IMG/VR virus record: IMGVR_UViG_3300033074_000614
Span: 9,679 to 73,678 of that record
Length of the DNA: 64,000 bases
Direction: 5' to 3' (one strand)
Source: a virus
Lineage: Duplodnaviria > Caudoviricetes
Within the stretch, counting starts at the first letter, position 1, and each line of letters opens with the position of its first letter. The position numbers and the translations under genes were made by a program. Of the stretch, positions 38,587 to 48,593 are shown in pieces. The notes under the pieces were generated by a model. The model worked only from the letters and a program-made list of their open reading frames with translations, did no database searches and was not told the DNA's origin.

Positions 38587-39957
38587 ATGGGACTCATTGA
38601 CACAATCAAGAACCTACTCGGAACCGCAAGCACTACCACGATCTACGGGAGTTCCGCACAGGTCGGCAGCGGCTATGAGCGATACGAGAACACCATCGGA
38701 TCGTTCGACGACTACCGCGAGATGCGAAAGAGTCCGACACTGGCGATGGCGCGGGCAATTGCCAATAGCGCGATCCGCTCGGCAGAGTGGATAGTCGAGG
38801 CCGACGACGACGCGGTTGCTGGCGCGAAGGAAGCGGTGGACAGTTTCACGAACAATCTGCGCCCTCACCTGATCGACCTGTACCAGTACGCACTCGACTA
38901 CGGGTTCCAAGCGGCACGCACCCCGTGGACGATGGATGAAAATGGGCAAATGGTCGTCGAGCGAGTCAAGTCGATCAAGCCCGAAGATGTGAAGCAAATT
39001 GAAATCTTCGAGAACAGCGGCAAGATTGCCAGTGTGAAGCTCGACAAGAACGAGAAGATCGAGGCCGAAAACGTTCTGGTGTTGACCTACGACGGTGAGG
39101 GCGGCGACCCGTTTGGCCGCAGTCGCTTCGAGAACATCCGCACCTATGCGTTTATCCCTTGGCGCGACTGGATCAAGAAGATGGGCCAGTACGCGAACAA
39201 GGCGGCGGGCGTGATTCCGATTATCACGTTTCCCCCCGGCACTTCGATTGACGAGAATGGGCAGGTGATTAACAACAGCGTGGTAGCCCGCAAGCTGCTC
39301 GACAACCTGCCGCTTGGTAAGGGCGTGGCGATCCCGATTGAACTGGTCCCGTTCGCTCAGGAAATGATGAAGATGGGCATGAAGTACGAAGACCTTATGG
39401 CGTGGAAGATCACGATTCTCGACGCCAAGAGCGGGTTCGGCGGCGAGGCTCTTTCCACCGTCCAGCACTTCGAGGCGCTGCAGATGCGCGGGTTCTTGCT
39501 GCCAGAACGCACCGCACTTGAGGGGACGACTGGCACCAAGGCCGAGGCGGGCGAACACGCCGACATAATGATCGCAACGGCGGAAGAGAACTCCGAGGAC
39601 TTCGTACGCCAGATCAGCGACCAGCTTGTGCAGCGGTTTGTTGTCTACAACTTCGGCGAGTCGCAGCGTACCAAGATCAGGCTCAAGGCCGCACCGATCA
39701 ACGATGAAGCCCGCGCGATCATCAAAGAAATCCTTGTGCCGTATCTCGCCGCGAACTCCGATGTTCTGGAAACGGCGGCGGATGTCAATGACATGATGGA
39801 CCGGCTCGGCATCCCGAAGAAGGTTGAGGTTGTGGACGTTTCGCAGGGCGCGCCGACTGAACCGACCGCGCCAATTGAACCCACACCGACCACCAAACTC
39901 TCTCGCGTCGGGCGCGGCATTGTGGACTTCCTCAAGCGGACGGAGGCGACGGTATGA
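38587..39957 (+). CDS. Portal protein, DUF935-like (B)
   Basis: Paralog of 1815..3206. Confidence 0.88.
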   Translation: MGLIDTIKNLLGTASTTTIYGSSAQVGSGYERYENTIGSFDDYREMRKSPTLAMARAIANSAIRSAEWIVEADDDAVAGAKEAVDSFTNNLRPHLIDLYQYALDYGFQAARTPWTMDENGQMVVERVKSIKPEDVKQIEIFENSGKIASVKLDKNEKIEAENVLVLTYDGEGGDPFGRSRFENIRTYAFIPWRDWIKKMGQYANKAAGVIPIITFPPGTSIDENGQVINNSVVARKLLDNLPLGKGVAIPIELVPFAQEMMKMGMKYEDLMAWKITILDAKSGFGGEALSTVQHFEALQMRGFLLPERTALEGTTGTKAEAGEHADIMIATAEENSEDFVRQISDQLVQRFVVYNFGESQRTKIRLKAAPINDEARAIIKEILVPYLAANSDVLETAADVNDMMDRLGIPKKVEVVDVSQGAPTEPTAPIEPTPTTKLSRVGRGIVDFLKRTEATV

Positions 39958-40232
39958 CAGATAGCAGACACTGCAAACGATGCTCGCCCGATTCAAACGT
40001 ACAGCAGCAATTGTGCGGCAAGTGCGAGGCTGATGATCGTAATGCCCAAATGATCGCGGGGGCTTCAAGCCCGATCGGGTTGCGTGATTACTTCGCGGCG
40101 CATGCCACCGAAGAGGACTGTAAATACGCGGCTCAGATTTGGATGGAACAAAACAACGCTGAAACGTGCCAGCGACAGGTGGCGAGGTTCGCGCACGCCG
40201 ACGCCATGCTTGAAGCTAGAAAACTTACATGA
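39954..40232 (+). CDS. Inserted small protein (LRDYFAA...ADAML.AR family)
   Basis: Coupled at both ends; absent from A; paralog at 63460. Confidence 0.7.
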   Translation: MTDSRHCKRCSPDSNVQQQLCGKCEADDRNAQMIAGASSPIGLRDYFAAHATEEDCKYAAQIWMEQNNAETCQRQVARFAHADAMLEARKLT

Positions 40233-41134
40233 CCACCCGCGCCGCCCAAATCGCCGAACAGGTTGCAGTCTACGAACTCGACCGTGAGCAAGTGGTCGCT
40301 ATCAGCGCGCGTGAATCCCGCCCAGTTCTCCGCAAACTTCGCACCAGCCTAATCACCGCGTTCAAGCAAGGCGGCGGATCGGCTCAGGCGTTTAAGACGG
40401 CGCAGAAGCAAATCGCGGTACTCGTGCGCGACGGGATGCTGGCGAGTCACGTAGCGGCCACAGCACAGACCTACGAGATGATCCGCAAGATTCGCGGGAT
40501 CAAGCTGGACCGATCACCCTACTCATCCATGCTCGACAATCTGCAACGGGCCGCAAACTTGAGCGGGCCGGACCTCGACGCGCTCAGGGCGAGGTACGAG
40601 GTTGTTGCGAAAGAGTCGAGCGAAGAGGCGATCAAAGCCGCGCAGGAAATCATGGGCGCGAAGGCGCGCGAGATTGCGGCCAGTGGCATCGGCACTAAGG
40701 ACGGGGTGCGCGTTCTACGCGAGGCTATGGACTCGGCAGGATTGGGCGTGCAGAAGTCGCACTTGCTCGAAACGGTTTACCGCACGGAGTTTCAGACCGC
40801 GTATTCGGGCGCGCGGTTGCAGGCCGACGAAGACCCTGCGATTCAGGAAATTTTGTGGGGCTACGAATATGTCACGGTTGGCGATGATCGGGTGAGGCCG
40901 ACGCACGCGGCATTGGACGGGACTCGATTCGAGAAGGACGATCCGCAGTGGCAGAAGCTTGCGCCGCCCAATGGATGGGGTTGTCGCTGTTCGTTCGTCA
41001 AGATATTCAAAGACGACACCGCACTGGCATCGCCAAACCCACCGCCAAAGTTCGTGAACGATGGCGGCGTGAAAGTCCGCGTTGCGCCCGATGAAGGATT
41101 TGACTTCTTCCCCGCCGACATCGCCCGTTTGTAA
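40229..41134 (+). CDS. Mu gpF-like head morphogenesis protein (B)
   Basis: YVTVGDDRVRPTHAALDG...PPNGWGCRC. Confidence 0.93.
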   Translation: MTTRAAQIAEQVAVYELDREQVVAISARESRPVLRKLRTSLITAFKQGGGSAQAFKTAQKQIAVLVRDGMLASHVAATAQTYEMIRKIRGIKLDRSPYSSMLDNLQRAANLSGPDLDALRARYEVVAKESSEEAIKAAQEIMGAKAREIAASGIGTKDGVRVLREAMDSAGLGVQKSHLLETVYRTEFQTAYSGARLQADEDPAIQEILWGYEYVTVGDDRVRPTHAALDGTRFEKDDPQWQKLAPPNGWGCRCSFVKIFKDDTALASPNPPPKFVNDGGVKVRVAPDEGFDFFPADIARL

Positions 41135-41184
41135 GTGTTCACAGATCGGTTGTTGACTGTTTCCACGCCACGTTCTATATCGGC

Positions 41185-42249
41185 GTGAAGGTAAACGCAA
41201 ATCTTCCGCTCGTGTTTTCTGCCGCTCCCGCAGTGGCCGTTGGTGAACCACGCGAAGAGAACGGCCAGCCCGTTCGCACCTTCAAGAAAGAAATCGTGCA
41301 GGCTGGTAAGTGGCGGCACCCCGCAGACGGTCAGCTTATCGACATTCCGCAGGCACGGCTCTCGCACTGGAACAGCCAGTTCCAAGCGATGAAGGCCAAC
41401 GGGATGAAGGTGTACGTCCCCGAAGATCACACCCGCAACCCGGACGCTAATCGCGGATGGGTTACTGACATGGAAGTCGTTGGCGACAAGCTCGTGGCGA
41501 CTATGGACCTGATCGGAGAGGACGCGATCAAGCTCGCAAGCCGTATCGACGTTTCAATCCAAGCGCGCGATCTTGTGGACGGCAAGGGCAACAGATACCC
41601 CGACGCGATCGAACACACCGCGCTAGTCGCAGACCCGGTTATCACCGGACTCAACAAATTCGTCATTCAGCTTTCAAGGGCCAAGACCCTCGGACTTTCA
41701 ATCGGAGGCAGTTCAATGGAATCACTCAAGAAGATCGCGGCATCCCTCGGTATCGAAGCCGGTGAAATGGACGAGGCCGCACTAGAAGCCGCGATTCTCG
41801 CCGCTTGTGGCAAGCTCAGGGCGGGAAACGAGGAGGCCGCGACTTCACTGTCTGCCGCTCAATCCGAACTCGCCACCCTGAGACTTTCAGCCAAGCCTGT
41901 CGATGTCGATCCTGACCTGCTCGAACACGCGGCGGGGAATATTTCCTCGCAGCTTGAAGTCCTCACCATGTCACGCCAGATCACGCCCGCGTTCCGCGAC
42001 AAGGCGAAGGTCGTTCTCTGTGGCGCGGATGCCACCAAACGCCCCATCGTAATGCTCAGCCGCAAGGCCGCAACCGCTGCCGGGTTCTCCGGCGCACTCG
42101 CTCAGCCGTTCATCGACCTGCTCAAAGAACTTCCTAAGCCCGAAGGCGATGGCACAACCACCACGCTCTCACGCGAGGGCGGACCCAAAGAAGGCGAAGT
42201 TGACCAGAAGCAAATCGACGCGGTTATTGAAAAGCACGTCGGACGCTGA
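41185..42249 (+). CDS. Mu gpI-like protease/scaffold (B)
   Basis: Paralog of 4671; internal GGAGG SD before ATG 41716. Confidence 0.85.
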   Translation: MKVNANLPLVFSAAPAVAVGEPREENGQPVRTFKKEIVQAGKWRHPADGQLIDIPQARLSHWNSQFQAMKANGMKVYVPEDHTRNPDANRGWVTDMEVVGDKLVATMDLIGEDAIKLASRIDVSIQARDLVDGKGNRYPDAIEHTALVADPVITGLNKFVIQLSRAKTLGLSIGGSSMESLKKIAASLGIEAGEMDEAALEAAILAACGKLRAGNEEAATSLSAAQSELATLRLSAKPVDVDPDLLEHAAGNISSQLEVLTMSRQITPAFRDKAKVVLCGADATKRPIVMLSRKAATAAGFSGALAQPFIDLLKELPKPEGDGTTTTLSREGGPKEGEVDQKQIDAVIEKHVGR

Positions 42250-42283
42250 TTCACCCACACGCACACCTCTCGGAGTTTGAAAA

Positions 42284-43327
42284 ATGATCAATCTTGCACC
42301 AGGTACCCCCGGCATCTCAAGTCAGTACACCGCAGGCTTCCGCAGCGTGTGGGGTTCTGCCAATGACAAGCAGTACAAGCCGGGGATGCACACCATCAAC
42401 GGCTCGCTTTCACGCGACAACACAAACACCGGCAACCTCGACTTCCTCCAAGCTGGTCTGCTCATGGGCAAGATCACTTCCACCGGCAAGTATGCCACCT
42501 CGATTCTCGGTCTGACCGGCACCGCATACGCATCGGGTACAACCCTGAACGTTGCGGCCTCTACCGCTGTCGAAATCGCACGCCGCATCGGAACCTCTGG
42601 CACATTCAAAGTCACAGGCCCACCGTCCGCCGCTGGCACCGTTCGCACCGCGACCGTGACGTTCTCGGCGGTCAACACCTCCACCGGCGACGTGACTATT
42701 ACCGCGCTTGGTGCCGATCAGGTTGAACGCATCCGATTCAACATCGCCTCGACTGGCGGCAACTTGCAGTTGAACGTTGCCAAGCCCGACGGAACTCGCG
42801 TTACCACGGCCAACGCCGCTTGGAACGCGACGGACGCGACTTACCTTGCCTCGATCAACTCCGCACTCGACACCGCAACTGGTGTCACTGGCGGCATCGT
42901 TGCAACTGCTATCTCTGCAACAGACACCGATCTTGGCATCACGCTCACCTACAGCGGCACCGGCTACGCGGGCCTGACACACGCTCGCGCGGAAGTGGTG
43001 GTTATCCCCACCTCCTCGACCGAAGCACTCTACGAGCCTGTCACAACCGCCGTGGCCCGCGCCCTTGTGGCCGGTTCACTGGTTCGCCCCACCGATGGCA
43101 GCGAAACCGCTCTCACCTTCATTGACGAAGGCGATCCAATCAAGGTCACTGACGCATTCGGCACCAGCATGGATGTGGACTTTGGCCCGCTCCCGATCGG
43201 CGGAATTGTGCTTGCAACCAACCTCATCAACTGGCCCGCAGATACGTCCACCCGCGCCGCGCTTCAGGCTGAACTCAACAGCACCAGCGGCGGTCGCTTC
43301 TCGTTTGTTGATCGTTACAACGCCTAA
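42284..43327 (+). CDS. Head decoration protein with inserted domain (B)
   Basis: Same length (347 aa) as 5782..6825 and highly similar. Confidence 0.75.
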   Translation: MINLAPGTPGISSQYTAGFRSVWGSANDKQYKPGMHTINGSLSRDNTNTGNLDFLQAGLLMGKITSTGKYATSILGLTGTAYASGTTLNVAASTAVEIARRIGTSGTFKVTGPPSAAGTVRTATVTFSAVNTSTGDVTITALGADQVERIRFNIASTGGNLQLNVAKPDGTRVTTANAAWNATDATYLASINSALDTATGVTGGIVATAISATDTDLGITLTYSGTGYAGLTHARAEVVVIPTSSTEALYEPVTTAVARALVAGSLVRPTDGSETALTFIDEGDPIKVTDAFGTSMDVDFGPLPIGGIVLATNLINWPADTSTRAALQAELNSTSGGRFSFVDRYNA

Positions 43328-43375
43328 TCGAAACGCACATAAGCGGCGAAGGCCGCGACACCCGGAGTCTTGCAC

Positions 43376-44461
43376 ATGACAGTCAATTACAACACGCTGA
43401 TCGGCACACCCAAGCTGATGGCATCCATCAACAGTCCCGCGATTGGACTGCCCAAGGCATTCAACCCCGCGTTCTACACGCTTCGTACAGACTCCGACGA
43501 CCAGACCTTCAAATGGGAACAAACGCCCATTACGCAGACCACCGCCGCAGCCGTTTCGTTCGGCTCGCCCGCGATCCCCGCACCAAAGACGAACCTGAAT
43601 GAGCGCGATGGTCGCTGCATTCACTTGTTCGAGTCGATCACACACAACGGCCAGACCCTTCTCGACCTTCAAAGCGACAACCAAGAGACTCGCACCCGCG
43701 CGTCGGACGACTTCGTTCGTCAGGCTGCAAACTTCGGTATGCGGTTCGACAACACTGAAATCGCATCGCTGGCCTCCGCTCTTTCACAGGGCATCATCTA
43801 CCTCGGCAGCAACGGTCAGATTCAGCTTACATCATCCGGCGCGGCTCGCACAATCGACCTCGGCGTTCCCGCCGCGAACAAGAACCAGTGCGGCGGCAAG
43901 ATCACCGCATCATGGGCAACAGCCGGAACCGACGTCCTCGGCAATATCTACGCGATTCTCAAGGCGATGGCACAGGCCGGTCGTCCTTGCGAGAAGATCA
44001 TGTACGGCTCAGACGTGCCCGGCTACCTCCGTGGCAACACCGCGATCAGCGGCATGATGAGCAAGAGTTCATTCCTTGCTGATCAGCTTGCACAAGGCCG
44101 GTTGCCCAACGGGTTCGGCGATCCTTCAAATCAGGTAGTTTGGGAACCGATCTGGAACTCATTCTTTGTTGACTCAGGCGGCACAACCCGCGAGTTCTTC
44201 GGCGGCGATGCAGTTCTCTTCCTGCCCAAAGTCGATCGCACTTGGTACACGATGGTTGACGGTGCGGCGGTCATTCCTTCCAAGGTTGGCATCGCATCGA
44301 ATCCAGCAGAGGCCGCAAGCAGCTTGCAGAAGGTTCGCGGTAAGTTCAGCTATGCACGCATCAACGACAATCCTGTGAGCGTGGACCAGTTCTGCGGCCA
44401 CTCGTTCCTTCCTGTGTTCCTTGATCCCTCAGCGTTCTACATCGCTGACGTTGTTCCTTAA
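43376..44461 (+). CDS. Major capsid protein, lambda gpE-like (B)
   Basis: Close paralog of 6877..7962. Confidence 0.85.
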   Translation: MTVNYNTLIGTPKLMASINSPAIGLPKAFNPAFYTLRTDSDDQTFKWEQTPITQTTAAAVSFGSPAIPAPKTNLNERDGRCIHLFESITHNGQTLLDLQSDNQETRTRASDDFVRQAANFGMRFDNTEIASLASALSQGIIYLGSNGQIQLTSSGAARTIDLGVPAANKNQCGGKITASWATAGTDVLGNIYAILKAMAQAGRPCEKIMYGSDVPGYLRGNTAISGMMSKSSFLADQLAQGRLPNGFGDPSNQVVWEPIWNSFFVDSGGTTREFFGGDAVLFLPKVDRTWYTMVDGAAVIPSKVGIASNPAEAASSLQKVRGKFSYARINDNPVSVDQFCGHSFLPVFLDPSAFYIADVVP

Positions 44462-44496
44462 TTCAAATTCTCCCGGCTAGGGCCGGAAACTACTCC

Positions 44497-44534
44497 GTGC
44501 CCCGCTGGACCACTCGGCGGGGTACTTGTTTTTT
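44497..44534 (+). terminator. Rho-independent terminator after the capsid gene (B)
   Basis: GTGCCCCGCTGG-ACCAC-TCGGCGGGGTAC then TTGTTTTTT. Confidence 0.75.
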
Positions 44535-44966
44535 ATGGGCACATACGCGAGCCAATCCGACCTCACGACACGCTTCGGCACGACGAACATCGGTAAGTGG
44601 AGTCAGACCGACCCCACTACTGATAGTGACACTATCGACACGGCGGCGGTTGCAGAGGCTATCGCGGATGCAGAGGCACGCATCAACGACCGCATGAGGC
44701 CGTCAAGGTATCAGTTGCCGCTCACGGCGAACAGTTCCGGCGCGCTGCAGGCGGTCAAGCGTTGGACCTGCAACTACGCGGCGGCGTGGCTCTACCAGTC
44801 TCGCCCCGCTGGTATCACCACTGATACGGCTTCGATGATCGAATCGCTCGAACTCAAGACCAACGACGAAATTGACGCGGTAGTTTCCGGCAGCACGCAC
44901 CTTGACTGCCCGCTCAAAACTGGCGGCTATGGGTATACGGCGACATCGCCAACGGTGGTTATGTGA
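44535..44966 (+). CDS. Mu gp36-like head-tail adaptor (B)
   Basis: Paralog of 8034. Confidence 0.85.
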   Translation: MGTYASQSDLTTRFGTTNIGKWSQTDPTTDSDTIDTAAVAEAIADAEARINDRMRPSRYQLPLTANSSGALQAVKRWTCNYAAAWLYQSRPAGITTDTASMIESLELKTNDEIDAVVSGSTHLDCPLKTGGYGYTATSPTVVM

Positions 44967-45715
44967 ACACAACCGTAACCGTGGACATATCGAAAGCCTT
45001 GCGAGTCCCGCAGGGGTTGAAGGCGGCGGTTGAGGCGCAGCTCGACAATAACGGGCCGGGTCCATTCACTGACATGAAAACCCAGTGGGTCCACATCTAC
45101 CAGAACGCGGCACTTCGGCACTTTGACCGGGCGTCGCGCGGCGGGTCAGACTGGGCACCGTTGACACTCGCCACGATTCTCAGCCGTAAGGCGGCGAAGG
45201 GGCCGGGTACGCGCGGACAGCAGCGGGCGGCGGCTAGGAGCCAACTTCGCGGCGTACGCGATATGAAGGCGGCACGGGCGTCGGGCGCAACGCTCAGCAT
45301 CCGCAACCGTCAGCAGGTCAAGAACAACATCAAGGCGGCGTTGCACAACGAACGCAGCGCGGCAAAGCGCACCACGCTCAAGAACAAGATCGCGGCACTC
45401 AGCGGACACGCAGGCGTTGTCATCCTCAAAGACACCGGCGCACTTCGCAACGCGCTTGTCATCGGGCAGGCGGGATCGGTCATTACTCGCGGGCGGGCGT
45501 CGATCACGTTTGGGTTCGCACCCGTCCCACACGTTGGCGGCAGCGCGACACTCGCGGAAATCGCGGGCTGGCACAACACCGGCGCGGGCCACAATCCAAA
45601 ACGCACGATCTTGATTGCCCCCGATGCCTCGACCGTTCGCCAGATGGTGGCGGCTACGCAGGCCGCGACCGACAAGGTTATTGCGAACATCCGCAGACAG
45701 AACGGGGGTAGCTAA
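44963..45715 (+). CDS. Virion morphogenesis protein, gpG-like (B)
   Basis: WAPLT.ATIL...ILKDTGAL. Confidence 0.75.
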   Translation: MNTTVTVDISKALRVPQGLKAAVEAQLDNNGPGPFTDMKTQWVHIYQNAALRHFDRASRGGSDWAPLTLATILSRKAAKGPGTRGQQRAAARSQLRGVRDMKAARASGATLSIRNRQQVKNNIKAALHNERSAAKRTTLKNKIAALSGHAGVVILKDTGALRNALVIGQAGSVITRGRASITFGFAPVPHVGGSATLAEIAGWHNTGAGHNPKRTILIAPDASTVRQMVAATQAATDKVIANIRRQNGGS

Positions 45716-46221
45716 TGGCCGACCCGTTCACGCAAACCGAACTCGGTCTTTGGATCGAACTTGAGGCGTACACGCCTTTCACTTCGCTGGTCCGCACCGG
45801 TAACCGGATCAAGTTTTGTGTTGAGGCCAAGCCCGATCCTGAGAAGGACCAGATTGCCGACAACGACATGCCGGAAGTGTCGATCCAGCCAACGACAAGT
45901 TCGTGGGAGGCGCGCGGCTCGAATTGCACGATCTGGCAACAGACGTATGCGATCACGATTCGCACCGGCGATAAGCGCACGTCCCGAAATTACAACCCGC
46001 TCAAGTGGGCGATCCTCCGCGCGGTCGTCAAGACCTTCGCAAAGAACCTCGACACGCTCACCACAACTTGGGGTATGCCAACCGGGACCAAGCTCATGCG
46101 AGTTTGGCCGGGGACTTCCAACGACGGCAAGGCATCGGGCGAGGGAATCCGCGAGGGTTGGGCGTGCCTCTGCCTCGTAAACGTCAGTTTCGCAATGGAT
46201 GAATCGGTCGTAACGGCCTGA
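45715..46221 (+). CDS. Putative tail terminator (B)
   Basis: Paralog of 9214. Confidence 0.6.
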   Translation: MADPFTQTELGLWIELEAYTPFTSLVRTGNRIKFCVEAKPDPEKDQIADNDMPEVSIQPTTSSWEARGSNCTIWQQTYAITIRTGDKRTSRNYNPLKWAILRAVVKTFAKNLDTLTTTWGMPTGTKLMRVWPGTSNDGKASGEGIREGWACLCLVNVSFAMDESVVTA

Positions 46222-46231
46222 AGGGTTTTAT

Positions 46232-47089
46232 ATGGCAGTTCACAGCGGCAAACTCGGAGCGATCAGCTACAACGGCTCAGCCGTTTCAACTATCGGCGAA
46301 TGGAACTGGGCCGAGGAAAGCGCGAACACCGAGGCCACGGCCTCGAACACCGTCGGCGCGCCCATTCAGATTGCGGGCATGAAGGACTCGAAGGGGTCGT
46401 TTGCCGCCTTCGGCAAGAACCCGCCTTTGTTCCCCGGCGTGGCAAGTGCGACACTCATAGGTGACACCGGCTTCGGCAAGATCAGCGGGTCGGCGTTCAT
46501 CACCGCCGCAAAACTCTCGATCGACCTCGAATCGTTCAAGCCCCTCGAATGGTCGGTTGAGTTTGAGGGCAGCGGCGCGATTACCCCGCTAAGCACCAGC
46601 AGCGTTACCGACTCAAGCACGCCCGCGATGTTCTCGCCGCAGGGCGGGAAGATTCGCTGGCAGCCGATTGTGTCCGGCACGCTCGGCACGATGGCGGACC
46701 TGCCCACACCCCGCAACATCGAACTTGGCTATTCGATCCCGTTGGATGGCTACACGCACACCGATGGATGGCGGCGCAAGCTCTACGCCACCCCGCTCAA
46801 GTTGAGTATCACGACCAATCTGTACGACGACGCATTCGCCGCGATCGACGCGGCTGGCACCCAGTATCAGGTTGGCACCACCGGCATCCTGCACGCTTAC
46901 ATCAACGCGAGCGAGTATTACACGATCAAGTACGCAACGGTTCGCAGCGTCGGCACAACGGTTGACGCGAAGACCGGCAAACTCACGGTTCAATCAATCA
47001 CTTGGGACTGGTCAGCGTGGGGCCTGCTCACGGCTGGCTACGACCGTGGCACGCTTATCTCGCCAGACGCGACGGTGCTTTGGAGTTAA
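46232..47089 (+). CDS. Major tail tube protein (B)
   Basis: 285 aa like A; shared GGK.RWQPIVSGTLGT.ADLPT. Confidence 0.7.
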   Translation: MAVHSGKLGAISYNGSAVSTIGEWNWAEESANTEATASNTVGAPIQIAGMKDSKGSFAAFGKNPPLFPGVASATLIGDTGFGKISGSAFITAAKLSIDLESFKPLEWSVEFEGSGAITPLSTSSVTDSSTPAMFSPQGGKIRWQPIVSGTLGTMADLPTPRNIELGYSIPLDGYTHTDGWRRKLYATPLKLSITTNLYDDAFAAIDAAGTQYQVGTTGILHAYINASEYYTIKYATVRSVGTTVDAKTGKLTVQSITWDWSAWGLLTAGYDRGTLISPDATVLWS

Positions 47090-47100
47090 GTATGAAGCTA

Positions 47101-47430
47101 TCAACTAAACATCTTGTGGATAACGCCTGTGAAAAGCAGGACCAGAACCGCAATCACGATCGGTATCAGAGACGCCAACAGGATTCCAAAGGCGATCGTC
47201 CAGATTGTCGGTATTCGCTTCTCGATTCGATCAAGTCTGTCTTCGATGGTTACCGCCGCAACCGGCAAATGTTCGCTTTCGGGCGCGACACAAAGGTCCT
47301 CCGAACCAACCACCAAGTGCCCCTCGTTAATCGTGCGGATTTTGGCGTTCTCGTAGTTCTTTGCCTCAACCAATTGGGTGTATTTCTTTCCAGTCTTCCG
47401 GTCCGCACACTCAATTTCATGCGTTGGCAT
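47101..47430 (-). CDS. Antisense single-TM moron at the tail-chaperone locus (B)
   Basis: AAGGAG SD; C-terminal TM helix; candidate own promoter TTGGAC-N17-CAGAAT; 17-bp palindrome at 47524..47540. Confidence 0.7.
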   Translation of the reverse strand: MPTHEIECADRKTGKKYTQLVEAKNYENAKIRTINEGHLVVGSEDLCVAPESEHLPVAAVTIEDRLDRIEKRIPTIWTIAFGILLASLIPIVIAVLVLLFTGVIHKMFS

Positions 47431-47555
47431 CTCGTAACTCCTTTAGGTTCATCTGGATTCTGCCAGATATTCCGCGAACGTCCAAGGCGTAATTGGGAAA
47501 TTCCTCTCAAAAACACACACACTAGCGCGAATTTCGCGCTTATCGGAGCATAAAA

Positions 47556-48593
47556 GTGGCCGATGGCGATGCCAAAATCACGATTTCGGGGGACGCGACA
47601 AGCCTTAAGTCGGCCTCAAATGAAGCGAATGCAGCCCTAAACAAGGTCGCCAGCACTGCGAAAAGTGCCGGTGCGGCCGGTGAGAAGATGGCTGGATGGG
47701 GGGAGATCGCCAAGAAGGCAGCGGGCGCAGTCGGACTTGGTGGTTTAGCCGAAGCCGCCGAAAAAGCAGTGTTTGCTTTCAAAGGTCTCGCCTCCGCGAC
47801 GGGGCCGGTTGGTGTAGCGATACTCGCACTTGTAACCGCTCTGGGATATTTGTACACAAAACTTCGGGCGGCGTCTGAAGAGACAAAGAAATTAGAAGAA
47901 ACCAGCGATGCCGCGGCTAAAAAGGTTGACAATCTTAAGAAGGCCCTGCTCGGTCTGGAATTGACCGGAACGGCGAAAGCCATCGAGGAACTGCGCGAAG
48001 CCGAAAAGGCCAACCTTGATTCTCTTATTGCGAAGTTGCAGCAATACGGATGGACTACTGAGGCTATTGAAAAGGTGAGGCTTGTCAGACTTAAGGAAAG
48101 CGCCGACACCCTTGAACAGATTTTTGCAAGACAGAAAAAGATTGCAGAGGAACAAAAAAAAGAATCGGAGTCGGCCGGGCGATTCGACCTGATTAAGAAA
48201 ATAGAAATCATGAAGGCCCAGCTTCGCGGTGACGAAGCAAAGGCGCGGGCCGAAGACGAATTTAAGCTCTTAGAAATTCAAAGACAAATTCTCAATTCTC
48301 TCTCGGAAGACAGGAAGAAGCTGCTCCGCGAAGAATATGAACTCCAACGAAAACTTAATGCGGAAGCGGCCGAGGATCGCCAAAAGGAACGCGAGAAAGA
48401 AGCCGCAGAAAATAAAAAGGAATTAGACGCGGCGACCGCCAAAGAACTCGAAGCCCGCAAGAAAGCCGCGCGTGAACTTGTCGAGTACGAGGCCAAACTC
48501 CGCGAGGACATGCTCGGCAGCTTGCACGGCGACTTAGGCGGCATCGAGTATTCAGGGCGCGGTTCGGTCACAAACTGGGGGTCTGAACGCTAA
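47556..48593 (+). CDS. Short tape-measure-like protein (B, 345 aa)
   Basis: MADG.AKITISGD, hydrophobic helix, coiled-coil; C-terminal part alignable with A. Confidence 0.65.
   Translation: MADGDAKITISGDATSLKSASNEANAALNKVASTAKSAGAAGEKMAGWGEIAKKAAGAVGLGGLAEAAEKAVFAFKGLASATGPVGVAILALVTALGYLYTKLRAASEETKKLEETSDAAAKKVDNLKKALLGLELTGTAKAIEELREAEKANLDSLIAKLQQYGWTTEAIEKVRLVRLKESADTLEQIFARQKKIAEEQKKESESAGRFDLIKKIEIMKAQLRGDEAKARAEDEFKLLEIQRQILNSLSEDRKKLLREEYELQRKLNAEAAEDRQKEREKEAAENKKELDAATAKELEARKKAARELVEYEAKLREDMLGSLHGDLGGIEYSGRGSVTNWGSER

Noticed and set aside
38614-40068. 484-aa minus-strand ORF over portal B (and 274-aa ORF 2364..3188 over portal A)
   Set aside because: Antisense shadows of GC-rich genes in codon register; no SD and no recognisable motifs.
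41154-41182. TTGACT-N17-TATATC promoter before protease B
   Set aside because: The -10 lacks the last T, sits only 3 nt from the start codon, and is not clearly conserved in A.
47002-47553. Plus-strand ORF between tube and tape measure as a possible tail chaperone
   Set aside because: No counterpart in module A; it is the mirror of a minus-strand gene that has a clear SD and TM helix.
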